This document shows, piece by piece, positions 50,058 through 62,233 of a stretch of DNA of 64,000 nucleotides (the stretch's first letter is position 1; each line of letters opens with the position of its first letter). The notes below the pieces were generated by a model, which was not told the DNA's origin, searched no databases, and saw nothing but the letters and a program-made list of their open reading frames with translations. The stretch is from positions 197,323 to 261,322 of the forward strand of contig CAVSKY010000006.1 of the NCBI GenBank assembly GCA_963728745.1. The letters run 5' to 3'. A program made the translations under genes and the position numbers. The DNA comes from an uncultured Chloroflexia bacterium (GTDB taxonomy: Bacteria > Chloroflexota > Limnocylindria > Limnocylindrales > CSP1-4).

Positions 50058-51460
50058 TGCGTGCAACCCCTGAGATCGATGCACGACAGGGCCTCGAGAA
50101 GCTCGCCACCTATCCGTTCCACATCGCCTCCTGGGTCGACGACCGCGGCTACCCGGTGTCGGTGGCTGTCGTCGCGTCGGTGGATCCGCGCGGCCGCGTC
50201 GCGACGTTCAACGCACCGGCAGGGCTGACCGTGCCGACCCACCGGGCGGTGTCGCTGACCGGCTCGCACATCCGGCCCCAACCGGGCTACGGGTACGACG
50301 AGCGCCGGCACGTCACCATCTGGGGTCGCGTGGCCCCGGGCATCAGGCCCGACACGATGACGCGGGTGCTGACGCTCACCGGGCGATCGGCATGGGGCTG
50401 GGACGAGTCCGAGGTCCCGTTCTTCGAGTACTCGGAGCGGTCCGTGCCGCGATCGCGGCGCTACTTCGACGCCTTGTCGGCCGAACGCGGCACGCCGGTG
50501 AAGCCGCGGCTGTCGCTCGGGGCCTTGGTCTTGCGGACGACGCGTCTGCCCTTCCTGACGGCGACGATCGTGCCGGTGCTGCTCGGCATCCTGATCGCCG
50601 CGAGCCATGGCGCGTTCGACTTGGTATCGGCAGCGCTGACCGTGATCGGCGCCTCGTTCGTCCAGCTGGGCCTGAACGTGGCCAACGACGTATTCGACAC
50701 GGTCCAGGGGGCCGACGACGCGAACGTGACACCGACGAAGTTCAGCGGCGGCTCGCGGGTGATCCAGTACGGGCTCGTGACGCTGCGCCAGATGGCGACG
50801 CTGGCGACCGTGTGCTACGTCGCCGCGGCGGTCATCGGGCTGACCCTCCTGGCGACGCGAGGGTCCACGGCGTTGCTGGTGATCGGCGTCGTCGGGTTCA
50901 TCGTGTCGCTCGGGTACACGGCGCCGCCCTTGAAGTTCGTCTATCGCGGCCTGGGCGAGATCGCCGTGGCGGTGGGTTTCGGACCGCTGATGCTGCTCGG
51001 GGCGTATGTCGTGCAGACGCGCGGCACGCTGGCCTGGGAGCCGTTCGTGGCGTCGATCCCGATCGCGCTGCTCGTGGCGCTGATCCTGTACGTCAACGAG
51101 ATCCCCGACCGCCGCGGTGATGCGCATGTAGGGAAGCGAACGCTGCCGGTGCGGTTCTCACGCTCGGCCGTCATCGGCGGGTACAACGTGGCGGTCGTGG
51201 CGGCATACGCGGCCGTCGTGGCCGGGGTCGTTGCGGGCCTGCTGCCGATCCCCGCGCTGCTGATGCTGCTGACCATCCCGCTGGCGCGGCGCGTGTCGTC
51301 CGGCCTGGCGCCGAACTACGACAACCCGTACGGCCTGATGGCCTTCATGGGTGTCAACGTCCAGCTGCACCTGGTGGCCGGGCTGCTGCTGCTCGTCGCC
51401 TATGGGATCGTGATCGCGACGATGGCGCTCGCCCCTGGTATCGATCTCTTCCTGGGCTGA
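50054..51460 (+). CDS. Fusion of an N-terminal split-barrel-like domain and a MenA/UbiA prenyltransferase
   Basis: N-term SWVDDRGYPVSV...VTIWG; C-term RLPFLTAT, NVANDVFD, GGSRVI, YTAPP, GLGE, NEIPDRRGD..GKRTL. Confidence 0.85.
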   Translation: MMRATPEIDARQGLEKLATYPFHIASWVDDRGYPVSVAVVASVDPRGRVATFNAPAGLTVPTHRAVSLTGSHIRPQPGYGYDERRHVTIWGRVAPGIRPDTMTRVLTLTGRSAWGWDESEVPFFEYSERSVPRSRRYFDALSAERGTPVKPRLSLGALVLRTTRLPFLTATIVPVLLGILIAASHGAFDLVSAALTVIGASFVQLGLNVANDVFDTVQGADDANVTPTKFSGGSRVIQYGLVTLRQMATLATVCYVAAAVIGLTLLATRGSTALLVIGVVGFIVSLGYTAPPLKFVYRGLGEIAVAVGFGPLMLLGAYVVQTRGTLAWEPFVASIPIALLVALILYVNEIPDRRGDAHVGKRTLPVRFSRSAVIGGYNVAVVAAYAAVVAGVVAGLLPIPALLMLLTIPLARRVSSGLAPNYDNPYGLMAFMGVNVQLHLVAGLLLLVAYGIVIATMALAPGIDLFLG

Positions 51461-51574
51461 CCAGGAGCGCGACTCGACCGGGCGTTTTCCAACGCGATCC
51501 GATCCGGCGCGCCCAGCGGGAGCCCGTACTACCGGGCCACGCGGTCGCGACCGCACCCTTGCTAGAGTCGGGCC

Positions 51575-53395
51575 GTGGAACGTGCCTTCCAGGTCGACCT
51601 GCATGGGCTCGTCGACCTGCTCTCAAATCACCTATATAGCAGTCCCCGTGTATTCGCCCGGGAGCTCCTGCAGAACTCCGTCGACGCGATCACCGCGCGA
51701 AAGGACCTGGCGCCCGACTTCATCGGCTCGATCCGTATCGAGCTCGTGTCGGGGCGGCGCGGCGAACCCGCGACGCTCTCGATCACCGATGACGGGATCG
51801 GCCTGACGCTCGAGGAGGCGGAGACCTTCCTCGCGACCATCGGACGCAGCTCGAAGCGAGACGATCTGGGCGCATTGCGGCAGGACTTCCTGGGACAGTT
51901 CGGGATCGGCCTGCTCGCCTGTTTCGTCGTCGCGGACGAGATCGTCGTGATCAGCCGTTCAGCCGCGCATGACGGCCCAGCGGTCGAGTGGAGAGGACGA
52001 CCCGACGGCACGTACACGGTCCGCGAGCTGACCGGGGCAGTGTCCCCCGGCACCCAGGTGTTCCTCCGAGCGCGATCCTCGGCGGCCGAATGGTTCGAGG
52101 CCGAGACGATGACCGACCTCGTTCGGAGCTTCGGTGAGCATCTCCCGGTGCCGATCACGCTCAGTCTTGATGGCGCCGCAGAGCAGATCACCAACCCGTT
52201 TCCATGGGAGCGCCAGTACGCGGCATCCGAGGCGCGCGACCGGGAGCTGCTCGCGATGGGAAGTGATCGGTTCTCGGCCGGGATGATGGATGCGTTGCCA
52301 CTTCGGTCGTCGACGGGTGGCGTGGAGGGCATCGGCTTCATCGCCGCAGCGAGCCTCAGCCCGGTGTCACGTCCTGCGCATCGCGTCTACCTGAAGCGAA
52401 TGCTCCTCAGCGACCGACTTGAGGATCTCCTGCCCGACTGGGCATTCTTCATCAGGGCGATGGTCAACGTGACTGACCTGCGTCCGACAGCCTCACGCGA
52501 GCAACTGTACGACGACGATCGCTTCCAGCGGACGCGCGAGGAGCTCGGGGCGTCGATTCGCGACTGGCTGGTCCATCTGGCGGCCGACGACCCGGAGAGG
52601 CTCCGTCGCATCGTCGGGATCCATTTCCTGGGCCTCAAGGCCCTCGCCGTCCACGACGATGAGTTCCTGGCATTGTTCGCCGATTGGCTCCCGGTCGAGA
52701 CGTCCGTCGGACGCTTGCCGATCGGCGATCTTCGTCGTCGAACATCCGCGATCCGCTTCAGTCGATCCGATGCCGAGTTCCATCAGCTTGCGCAGGTGGC
52801 TGGCGCCCAGGGCATGCCGATCGTCAATGGCGGGCTCGTCTATGACGCCGAACTTGTCGCGCGCTTGCCGGAGGTGTTCCCCGACGTAACCGTCCACGCG
52901 ATCGATGCGACTGACCTGATCGACGGGTTCAATGTCCTCGAGCTGGACGACCAGGTGGCCGTGACACCGTTCCTGCGGGTCGCCGATGCCGTACTCCAGC
53001 CGCTCGGCTGCGAACCGGAGATCCGCCGCTTCGAACCTGTCGCCCTGCCAGCGCTCCTGAGCACACCTGCCTCGACGATGTTCCGGCGCGAGATCGAACG
53101 AACGCGCGAGGCGACGACCGACCTGTGGGCCTCGATCGTCGATGACTTCCTGAACCAGCAGGAAGCGAAGGGCGAGGCAGCGCAACTCTGCTTCAACCAT
53201 GCCAACCCACTCATCCGACGACTCATCGCGTCGACCGACCGCGAGGTCATCGCCAACGGCGTGGGCGTCCTCTACGTCCAGGCGTTGCTGCTGGGCCGGC
53301 ATCCGGTGAGCGAGCGCGAGCTGGCCTTGATGAGCTCGTCCATCGGGCGACTCCTCGAGTGGGCGACGGACCGCGCTGCGAGGCCCGATGTCTGA
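51575..53395 (+). CDS. HSP90-family (HtpG-like) GHKL ATPase
   Basis: LYSSPRVFARELLQNSVDA, DDGIG, GQFGIG, GTQV, LRPTASRE, FNHANPLI. Confidence 0.92.
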   Translation: MERAFQVDLHGLVDLLSNHLYSSPRVFARELLQNSVDAITARKDLAPDFIGSIRIELVSGRRGEPATLSITDDGIGLTLEEAETFLATIGRSSKRDDLGALRQDFLGQFGIGLLACFVVADEIVVISRSAAHDGPAVEWRGRPDGTYTVRELTGAVSPGTQVFLRARSSAAEWFEAETMTDLVRSFGEHLPVPITLSLDGAAEQITNPFPWERQYAASEARDRELLAMGSDRFSAGMMDALPLRSSTGGVEGIGFIAAASLSPVSRPAHRVYLKRMLLSDRLEDLLPDWAFFIRAMVNVTDLRPTASREQLYDDDRFQRTREELGASIRDWLVHLAADDPERLRRIVGIHFLGLKALAVHDDEFLALFADWLPVETSVGRLPIGDLRRRTSAIRFSRSDAEFHQLAQVAGAQGMPIVNGGLVYDAELVARLPEVFPDVTVHAIDATDLIDGFNVLELDDQVAVTPFLRVADAVLQPLGCEPEIRRFEPVALPALLSTPASTMFRREIERTREATTDLWASIVDDFLNQQEAKGEAAQLCFNHANPLIRRLIASTDREVIANGVGVLYVQALLLGRHPVSERELALMSSSIGRLLEWATDRAARPDV

Positions 53396-54485
53396 GGAGA
53401 CGGGGACGGTCCGACAGCTGCTGGGCGAGGGCAACGCGTTGCCCGAAGGACCGGCCAAGATCGGTGTTTTCGAGGAAGCCGTTCGACTTGCAGATGTCAT
53501 CGGCGACATCGACCTCGGTTTCGAGGCACGCAGCGGGCTGATCCACGCGGCCGAATTCGGCGGTGAGCCCGACAAGGCGATCGTCGCCTTCGCGTGGTGC
53601 CTCGCGCAATGCGACGCATTCCCAGGCCGCTTCGATGAGTGGCGCACACTGTGGGCCTACAAATGGACGGCGCGGCTGCTGTCGAACTACCCACACGTGC
53701 CTCGCTCCAGGATCGATGATGCGATCGATGACCTCGAGGCGAGGTTCATCAGGTTCGGTGCCGGCCCATCCGCGGCAGCGAAACTGCGCTGGGACAGCCT
53801 GCGTTGGCTGGGTGACGTCGCCGAGAGCCGCGAGTGGCTCGACCGCTGGCGTCGGCTACCGCGCGACTTCCTGAGCGACTGCGAGGCCTGCGACATCGCG
53901 GAGAGCGCGTCGGCGATGCTCCAGTTCGGCGAGTTCGTCGACGCGATGCGCACGGTCAAGCCGATCCTCGAGGGTCGCAAGCGGTGCATGGAGGTCCCGC
54001 ATTGGACCTACGCGGAGATGCTGGTGCCCCTCATCGCGCGCGGCGAGCTCGAGGTCGCAGCCGAGTTCCATGACCGAGGCTACGCGTTGATCCGTCGCAA
54101 CCCCAAGTTCCTCGCTCCGATGGCAGACCACCTGGCCTATCTCACGCTCGTCGGGGACCTCAGCCGCGCGAAATCCCTGGTCGAACGACACCTCCCGTGG
54201 GCGGTCGGGTCGCGCAATCCGCTCTACAGGCTGCTGTTCCTGCGGTCGGTGGAACTGGCACTCACGAGGATCGCGGCGATCACCCCGGACGCGTCCATCC
54301 GCACGCCGGCCGACTTCGTGGCGACCGCGCCGGATGGCGGGCGGCTCGACCTGGTGACGCTACGCGAGCAGGTAGCGGCCGATCTCGATGCGGTTGCGTC
54401 GGCCTTCGACGCGCGCAACGGCAACCCGTACATCTCGGGACTCGTTGTGGACTACCGGCAACGGGCCGTCCAGCCGAGCTCATAG
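53388..54485 (+). CDS. Helical (TPR-like) hypothetical protein coupled to the HSP90-like gene
   Basis: 8-bp overlap with upstream gene; alpha-helical pattern; RDFLSDCEACD, CMEVPH, FDARNGN. Confidence 0.8.
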   Translation: MSEETGTVRQLLGEGNALPEGPAKIGVFEEAVRLADVIGDIDLGFEARSGLIHAAEFGGEPDKAIVAFAWCLAQCDAFPGRFDEWRTLWAYKWTARLLSNYPHVPRSRIDDAIDDLEARFIRFGAGPSAAAKLRWDSLRWLGDVAESREWLDRWRRLPRDFLSDCEACDIAESASAMLQFGEFVDAMRTVKPILEGRKRCMEVPHWTYAEMLVPLIARGELEVAAEFHDRGYALIRRNPKFLAPMADHLAYLTLVGDLSRAKSLVERHLPWAVGSRNPLYRLLFLRSVELALTRIAAITPDASIRTPADFVATAPDGGRLDLVTLREQVAADLDAVASAFDARNGNPYISGLVVDYRQRAVQPSS

Positions 54486-54599
54486 ATGGTGGCCATGAGC
54501 CTGCCGAAGGAGGTCGCCGGGATCGTCGCTGCGTTGCCGAAGCCCTGAGCGAGACGCGCCGGGTGGTCGCGAACCCGTATCAAGGTCCAGAGCGGCGGC

Positions 54600-56570
<1,971 letters not shown>

Positions 56571-56605
56571 GGTTCGTGTGTGCTCCTCGCTCGGATAGGT
56601 TGTCG

Positions 56606-57187
56606 TCAGTTGGGTCGGTCGTTGGTGGACGCCGGTTCGGGCGCGCCGGCGACGGCCACGAGGGCCGGTCGCAGGACGCGCTCGCGGAGTCTGTAGCCGC
56701 GGCGGATCTGCTCGACGATCTCGCCCTCCGCTCGACCGGAGCCGGGGACCGTTGCGATGGCGTCGTGCTCTCGCGGATCGAAGGGCGTGCCCGGGCCGGC
56801 GTCGATCGGGCTGACGCCCTCGCTCTCGAGCAGCTGCCGGAGCTTGCGGTCGATCGCCGCCAGGCCTTCGAACCAGGGATCGCTCGCCACCGACTCCGGT
56901 CGCGCGTCGATCGCCCGGTCGAAGTCGTCGGCCAGCACCAGCACCTTGCGGATCAGGTCCTCGCCGGCCAGCCCGAGGTCACGCTCGCGCTCTTCTGCGG
57001 TGCGGCGCTTGTAGTTGAGGAACTCGGCACGCTCGCGCTGGAGCGCGGTCAGATACTCGTCCGCCTGCCCCTGGGCGGCGGTGAGCTCGGCGCGCAGGCC
57101 CTCGATGTCCTCGAGGAGCTTCGTTGGGCGGATGTCGATGTCCTCGGCGCGCGCCTGGGCGCGCGTGCGAGGTCGCGGGTCAGGCAT
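56606..57187 (-). CDS. grpE: Nucleotide exchange factor GrpE
   Basis: [32 protein letters not shown]. Confidence 0.96.
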   Translation of the reverse strand: MPDPRPRTRAQARAEDIDIRPTKLLEDIEGLRAELTAAQGQADEYLTALQRERAEFLNYKRRTAEERERDLGLAGEDLIRKVLVLADDFDRAIDARPESVASDPWFEGLAAIDRKLRQLLESEGVSPIDAGPGTPFDPREHDAIATVPGSGRAEGEIVEQIRRGYRLRERVLRPALVAVAGAPEPASTNDRPN

Positions 57188-58250
57188 ACAGGTGGTCCAC
57201 CAGCTCATTCATGAGACCGGACACGAAGCGCACGGTCCCGATCGCCTGCGGGTAGCTCATGCGGGTCGGACCGAGGACGCCCACCACGCCGAGCGCGCTG
57301 CCCGGTCGGCCGTATGGCGCGAGCACGAGTGAGACGTCGTGCATCTCCGCCCGTGGGTTCTCGGCGCCGATCACCACCCGGATCCGCCCGGACCCGGCCA
57401 CGCTGCCGACGAGCTCGCCGAGGAACGTGCGGTTCTCGAGTGCGGTGAAGACCTGCCGCAGCTTGTCGCTCTGGGCGAACTCCGGGGCCTCCATGACGTT
57501 GAGCAGCCCGTCGGAGAAGAGCTCCTCGACCGAGGTGGCGTCGTAGTCGCGCAGGATGCGCACGATCCGCTCGCCCACCCGCTGGGCGACCCGTTGCATC
57601 GGCGCTTCGCCGTCGAGCTTCGCGATCGTCCGCTCCGCATCGGCTGCCGTCAGGTCGACGAGGTGCTCGTTCAGCAAGCCCGCGACGCGGTTGAGGGTCG
57701 CCTGATCGATGGCATCGGCTTCGTCGAGCGTGACCGCGGCCTGCTTGATCGAGCCCTCGCGCAGCACGAGGATCAGGCTCGCCATCCGCTCGTTCACGGC
57801 GACCAGATCGACACGGCGGATGTGCGCGGTGTTCGGCTTGGCCGGGGTCGCGAGGCCGGCCGAGCGGGTCAGCCCGGCGAGGGTCGTCGCGGCGAGGCGG
57901 AACCAGTGCTCGCTGGCGAACTCGACCTGGCCGAACTGGTGACGGATCATCAGCTGCTCGACCGCAGACAACGGGGCAGCATCGACGATCGATTCGACGT
58001 AGAAGCGGTAGCCGGCGTCGGTCGGCATGCGACCGGCACTCGTGTGCGGGTGGGTCAGCAGCCCTGCCGTCTCCAGCTCAGCCAGGACGTTGCGCACGGT
58101 CGCGCTGGACAAGCGGAGGCCGTAGCGCTGTACCAGCGCCTGGCTGCCGACAGGCTGCGCCGACGTGATGTATTCCTCGATGACGGCCCGAAGGATCGCC
58201 TGGGAGCGGAGGTCCAACGGGCCGAGTGGGTGGCGTGCTCTACGCGCCAA
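57180..58250 (-). CDS. hrcA: Heat-inducible transcription repressor
   Basis: QPVGS, SSATVRN, HPHTSAGRMPT, GVLGPTRM. Confidence 0.97.
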   Translation of the reverse strand: MARRARHPLGPLDLRSQAILRAVIEEYITSAQPVGSQALVQRYGLRLSSATVRNVLAELETAGLLTHPHTSAGRMPTDAGYRFYVESIVDAAPLSAVEQLMIRHQFGQVEFASEHWFRLAATTLAGLTRSAGLATPAKPNTAHIRRVDLVAVNERMASLILVLREGSIKQAAVTLDEADAIDQATLNRVAGLLNEHLVDLTAADAERTIAKLDGEAPMQRVAQRVGERIVRILRDYDATSVEELFSDGLLNVMEAPEFAQSDKLRQVFTALENRTFLGELVGSVAGSGRIRVVIGAENPRAEMHDVSLVLAPYGRPGSALGVVGVLGPTRMSYPQAIGTVRFVSGLMNELVDHLYA

Positions 58251-58268
58251 CTCGTTCTCCCGTGGTGG

Positions 58269-58295
58269 TTAGCACTCTATAGGTGAGAGTGCTAA
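58269..58295. promoter_or_regulatory. CIRCE element (HrcA operator)
   Basis: Perfect TTAGCACTC-N9-GAGTGCTAA upstream of hrcA. Confidence 0.98.
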
Positions 58296-58308
58296 CTAGC
58301 GTGCTGGC

Positions 58309-58338
58309 ATCGTAGCAGTCGCCTGAACGGAGTGTCAA
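58309..58338 (-). promoter_or_regulatory. Sigma-70-type promoter of hrcA-grpE-dnaK
   Basis: TTGACA-N18-TACGAT with a TGn extension, just upstream of CIRCE. Confidence 0.8.
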
Positions 58339-58348
58339 CGCGCGGCGT

Positions 58349-59581
58349 TCAGACGAGTCGGGAAAACAACTCATTCGAGAGGAGACGCCCGCGCGTCGTC
58401 AGCACGACGCGATCCTTCGGGGTGACCGTCAGCAGCCCGGCGGCTAACGCCCACCCGAAGACGTCGGCCATGGGTGGCTCGTGGGCCACGGCCAGGGGCA
58501 CGCCAGTGTCCAGGCGTAGCCCGAGGATCAGCGCCTCTGCCGCGGCGGTCCCCTCGTCCAGCACCTCCACGCCGCCAGGCGGGAGCTGCGGGGGCTCGGC
58601 ACCCAGCGCGGCCACGTACAGGTCGAGTCGCGCGGCGGTCCAGCGCCGAACGACGCCGTCGAACGCGTGGGCGCCCGGTCCGGCCGCCTCGTTGGGCCGG
58701 CGCTGCCAGTACGCAAGGTTATGCCGGCTCTCGTGCCCCGGTCGCGCCCAGTTCGAGATCTCATATCCCCGGTAGCCAGCGTCGTCCAGGGCGAGCGCGG
58801 CGTGGTGGTACTGCCCGGCCGCGCGGTCCTCGTCCTGACCCGGGGCCACGGCATCGCGCCAGCGCCGCGCGCCCTTCGTGGTCGGCAGGTGGTCCCCGGT
58901 CGGCCCGGCCAGGCCCTCGGCAACCGGGTCGTCGAGTGAGAGCGCGTAGAGCGACAGGTGATCGGGCTCCAGCGCGAGCGCAGTGTCGAGCGTCGCCATC
59001 CAGGTCGGCAGGTCCGTGTCGGGGATGTCGTACAGCAGGTCGACGTTGACCGAGCCGATCCCAGCGTCCCTGGCACCCGCCACCGCGTCGGCCACGTGCC
59101 GCGCACGATGCCGTCGACCCAGCTTCCGCAGCTCGGTGTCGTCGAATGACTGCGCCCCGAACGAGATGCGCGTGACGCCGGCGCGGCGCAGGGCCGCAGG
59201 GTCACCGCGTTCGTCCGGCCCGGGGTTCGACTCGATCGTGATCTCGGCGTCCTCGGCGATCCCGAACCGCTCGCGCACGCGCGCGAGGATCCGCTCGACC
59301 TCGTCGGCTGGCAGCAGCGACGGCGTCCCACCGCCCAGGTACACGGAGTCGATCAACGGCCGCCGCCGCGTCCCGGGCGGCCCGAACCCCCGCTCCAACG
59401 CGTCGGCGCGCAGATCGAGCTCCACCAGCAGCGCATCGAGGAACTGGCCGATCCGACTGCGTGGGCCACGGGCGGCCGACCCTGCGATAACGACGAAGTC
59501 GCAGTACGGGCACAGCGACACGCAGAAGGGCACGTGGATGTAGAGGGCGATCGGTGGACGCGAAGCCGGCGCCCGTGCCAC
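58349..59581 (-). CDS. hemW: Radical SAM heme chaperone HemW (HemN-like)
   Basis: YIHVPFCVSLCPYCDF, GGGTPS, YEISNW, HNLAYW; located between lepA and hrcA. Confidence 0.9.
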   Translation of the reverse strand: MARAPASRPPIALYIHVPFCVSLCPYCDFVVIAGSAARGPRSRIGQFLDALLVELDLRADALERGFGPPGTRRRPLIDSVYLGGGTPSLLPADEVERILARVRERFGIAEDAEITIESNPGPDERGDPAALRRAGVTRISFGAQSFDDTELRKLGRRHRARHVADAVAGARDAGIGSVNVDLLYDIPDTDLPTWMATLDTALALEPDHLSLYALSLDDPVAEGLAGPTGDHLPTTKGARRWRDAVAPGQDEDRAAGQYHHAALALDDAGYRGYEISNWARPGHESRHNLAYWQRRPNEAAGPGAHAFDGVVRRWTAARLDLYVAALGAEPPQLPPGGVEVLDEGTAAAEALILGLRLDTGVPLAVAHEPPMADVFGWALAAGLLTVTPKDRVVLTTRGRLLSNELFSRLV

Positions 59582-59583
59582 GG

Positions 59584-60354
59584 TCAGCGATCCCGCTGCG
59601 GGGACTCCCGACTCCCGATGACGCGCCATCCCTCCGGGGGTCTGCGCCGCCGGTCGATCTCCTCGACCTCGCGTCCCTTCGGCAGCGTCTGCCCGGTGTG
59701 GCCGGTCGCGAGGAACACCGCGAACCGCGTTGCGGCGTGGCCCAGGAACGCGGCGGCGATGCCGCCCGTCACCGCGGTGAGCCAGCCACCGATGAAGCCG
59801 ATCCCAAGGGTCAGGACCAACAGGTAGCGGTCTCGGCCCGGCGCCCCCAGCCTGGTCGTCAGGGCGTACAGCAGCATCTGGATGACGTTGGCGAGGTTCG
59901 CCTCCAGGCCAAGGGTCAGCATCGTCCCGAAGATCGCGCCGCGGAACGTGGCCTCGTCGATGAACGCGGTGGCGGTCGAGTTGAGCAGCGCACCCGGGTA
60001 CGAACCTGTGTCCGGGAACCGGATGCGCTGGTATCGCATTGTCGCGAAAGCGAGCGCCTGGGCCACGCCCAGGCCGGCGAAGATAAGCCCGCCCATGACG
60101 GCGCCCAACCGATCGCCGGTGCCGAGGAACAGGTCGGCCTGCGGTGCCGGGTGGATGTACGCCATCGCGACGACGATCGCGGCACCGAGCCCATACCAGG
60201 CGAGGCGCCGCCGGATCCGCGGCCGCTCCCCGTCGCGTGTCGATTCGTAGTACTCCGCAGTGCCGAACCGCTCGGCATCGAGCCGGAGCAGGACGAGAAG
60301 CAGCGTGAGCCCGACGACGATCAGGCCGCGCGAGATATCGAACAGCCCCTCCAC
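59584..60354 (-). CDS. CPBP/Abi (CAAX protease-like) membrane protein with degenerate motifs
   Basis: FIDEATFRG (EExxFR variant), TGGIAAAFLGHA; multiple TM helices. Confidence 0.7.
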   Translation of the reverse strand: MEGLFDISRGLIVVGLTLLLVLLRLDAERFGTAEYYESTRDGERPRIRRRLAWYGLGAAIVVAMAYIHPAPQADLFLGTGDRLGAVMGGLIFAGLGVAQALAFATMRYQRIRFPDTGSYPGALLNSTATAFIDEATFRGAIFGTMLTLGLEANLANVIQMLLYALTTRLGAPGRDRYLLVLTLGIGFIGGWLTAVTGGIAAAFLGHAATRFAVFLATGHTGQTLPKGREVEEIDRRRRPPEGWRVIGSRESPQRDR

Positions 60355-60362
60355 TTAGGAGT

Positions 60363-62174
60363 TCAGCCCTCGTCCATGCGGAGCATCGCCAGGAACGCCT
60401 CCTGCGGGATCTCGACCGACCCCACGCGCTTCATGCGCTGCTTCCCCTCTTTCTGTTTCTCGAGCAGCTTCCGTTTGCGCGTGATGTCGCCACCGTAACA
60501 CTTGGCCAACACGTTCTTGCGCATGGCGCGGACGGATTCCCTCGCGATGACGTTGCTGCCGATGGCGGCCTGGATCGGGATCTCGAACATCTGGCGGGGG
60601 ATCAGCTCTTTGAGCCGCTCGGTGAGGGCACGACCCGTCGACTGGGCCCGGTCACGGTGGACGATGAGGCTCAGCGCGTCGACCGGCTCGCCGTTCACGA
60701 GGATGTCGACCTTGGCGAGGTTGGCCGGTCGATATCCCAGCTCCTCGTAGTCCATCGAGGCATAACCCTGTGTGCGGCTCTTGAGCTGGTCGAAGTAATC
60801 GACGATGAGCTCCGCGAGCGGCATCTCGAAGTGGAGCACGACCCGCGTCGGGTCCAGGTACTCCATGTTGTCGAACGTCCCGCGGCGGTTGGTCGAGAGC
60901 TCCATGATCGAGCCGATGTACTGGCTCGGCGAGACGACGCTGAGCTTGACCCACGGCTCCTCGATCGTTTCGATGTCGGACGGGTTCGGGAGCAGCGCCG
61001 GGTTGTCGACGACGACGGTGCCGCGTCCCAGCAGGAGCTGTACGTGGTACTCGACTGACGGCGCGGAGGCGATGAGATCGAGGTCGAACTCGCGCTCGAG
61101 GCGCTCCTGGACGATCTCCATGTGGAGCAGACCGAGGAATCCGCAGCGGAATCCGAACCCGAGTGCGACCGAACTCTCCGGCTCGAAGGTGAAGCTCGCG
61201 TCGTTGAGGTGCAGCTTGTCGAGCGCCTCGCGGAGCAGCGGGTAGTCCTCGCCGCTGACCGGGTAGATGCCGGCGAAGACGAGGCTCTTTGCGGCCTGGT
61301 AGCCGGGCAGTGGCTCCTTCGCCGGACGCGCCTGGGTCGTGACGGTGTCACCGACCTGCGCCTCGCGGACGTTCTTGAGACCGGTCGCGACGTAGCCGAC
61401 CTCGCCGGCGCTCAGCTGCTTGACCGGGACGAGCTGCGGGCGGAAGACCCCGAGCTCCAACGGTTCGGCCGTCGCGCCGCTTGCCATCAGGCGGATGGGG
61501 TCCGTGGTCTTGAGCGTGCCCTGCTCGAGTCGGACGTAGACGATGACGCCCTTGTAGGCGTCGTAGTGGCTGTCGAAGATCAGGCCCTGGACCGGCGCGG
61601 CTGGATCCCCGGCCGGCGCGGGGATCCGTTCGACGATCGCCTCCAGGATGTCACTGACGCCGGTGCCTTCCTTGGCGCTGGCGAGGATCACCTCTTCGCG
61701 CGGGATGGCGAGCACGTTCTCGAGCTCGTCGATGATCGTGTCAGGGTCGGCCGACGGCAGGTCGATCTTGTTGAGGACCGGGATGAGCGTCAGGTTCTCG
61801 CGCAGCGCGAGGTGGACGTTGGCGAGGGTCTGGGCCTCGATGCCCTGCGTGGCGTCGACGACGAGGATCGCGCCCTCGCAGGCCTGCAGGCTGTGGCTGA
61901 CCTCGTAGGCGAAGTCGACGTGACCAGGCGTATCGATGAGGTTCAGCCCGTACACCTGACCGTCCTTTGCGCTGTACTCGAGCCGGACTGCACGGGCTTT
62001 GATCGTGATGCCCTTTTCGCGCTCGAGATCCATCGAATCGAGGACCTGGCTCGTCATCTGCCGGGCGTCGATCGTGTGCGTCAACTCGAGCAGCCGATCC
62101 GCCAGGGTCGACTTCCCATGATCGATGTGGGCGATGATCGAAAAGTTGCGCAGCCGTTCCTGGGGGATGGTCAC
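60363..62174 (-). CDS. lepA: Elongation factor 4
   Basis: [40 protein letters not shown]. Confidence 0.99.
   Translation of the reverse strand: MTIPQERLRNFSIIAHIDHGKSTLADRLLELTHTIDARQMTSQVLDSMDLEREKGITIKARAVRLEYSAKDGQVYGLNLIDTPGHVDFAYEVSHSLQACEGAILVVDATQGIEAQTLANVHLALRENLTLIPVLNKIDLPSADPDTIIDELENVLAIPREEVILASAKEGTGVSDILEAIVERIPAPAGDPAAPVQGLIFDSHYDAYKGVIVYVRLEQGTLKTTDPIRLMASGATAEPLELGVFRPQLVPVKQLSAGEVGYVATGLKNVREAQVGDTVTTQARPAKEPLPGYQAAKSLVFAGIYPVSGEDYPLLREALDKLHLNDASFTFEPESSVALGFGFRCGFLGLLHMEIVQERLEREFDLDLIASAPSVEYHVQLLLGRGTVVVDNPALLPNPSDIETIEEPWVKLSVVSPSQYIGSIMELSTNRRGTFDNMEYLDPTRVVLHFEMPLAELIVDYFDQLKSRTQGYASMDYEELGYRPANLAKVDILVNGEPVDALSLIVHRDRAQSTGRALTERLKELIPRQMFEIPIQAAIGSNVIARESVRAMRKNVLAKCYGGDITRKRKLLEKQKEGKQRMKRVGSVEIPQEAFLAMLRMDEG
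62155..62174. repeat. Direct repeat copy 1 (first codons of lepA)
   Basis: CGTTCCTGGGGGATGGTCAC, identical to 62695-62714. Confidence 0.9.
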
Positions 62175-62233
62175 CGTGGGGGAGTCTATCGGAGCCCAGC
62201 CGCCCCCCCGGCACCCATCATTCGACGGAGCAC

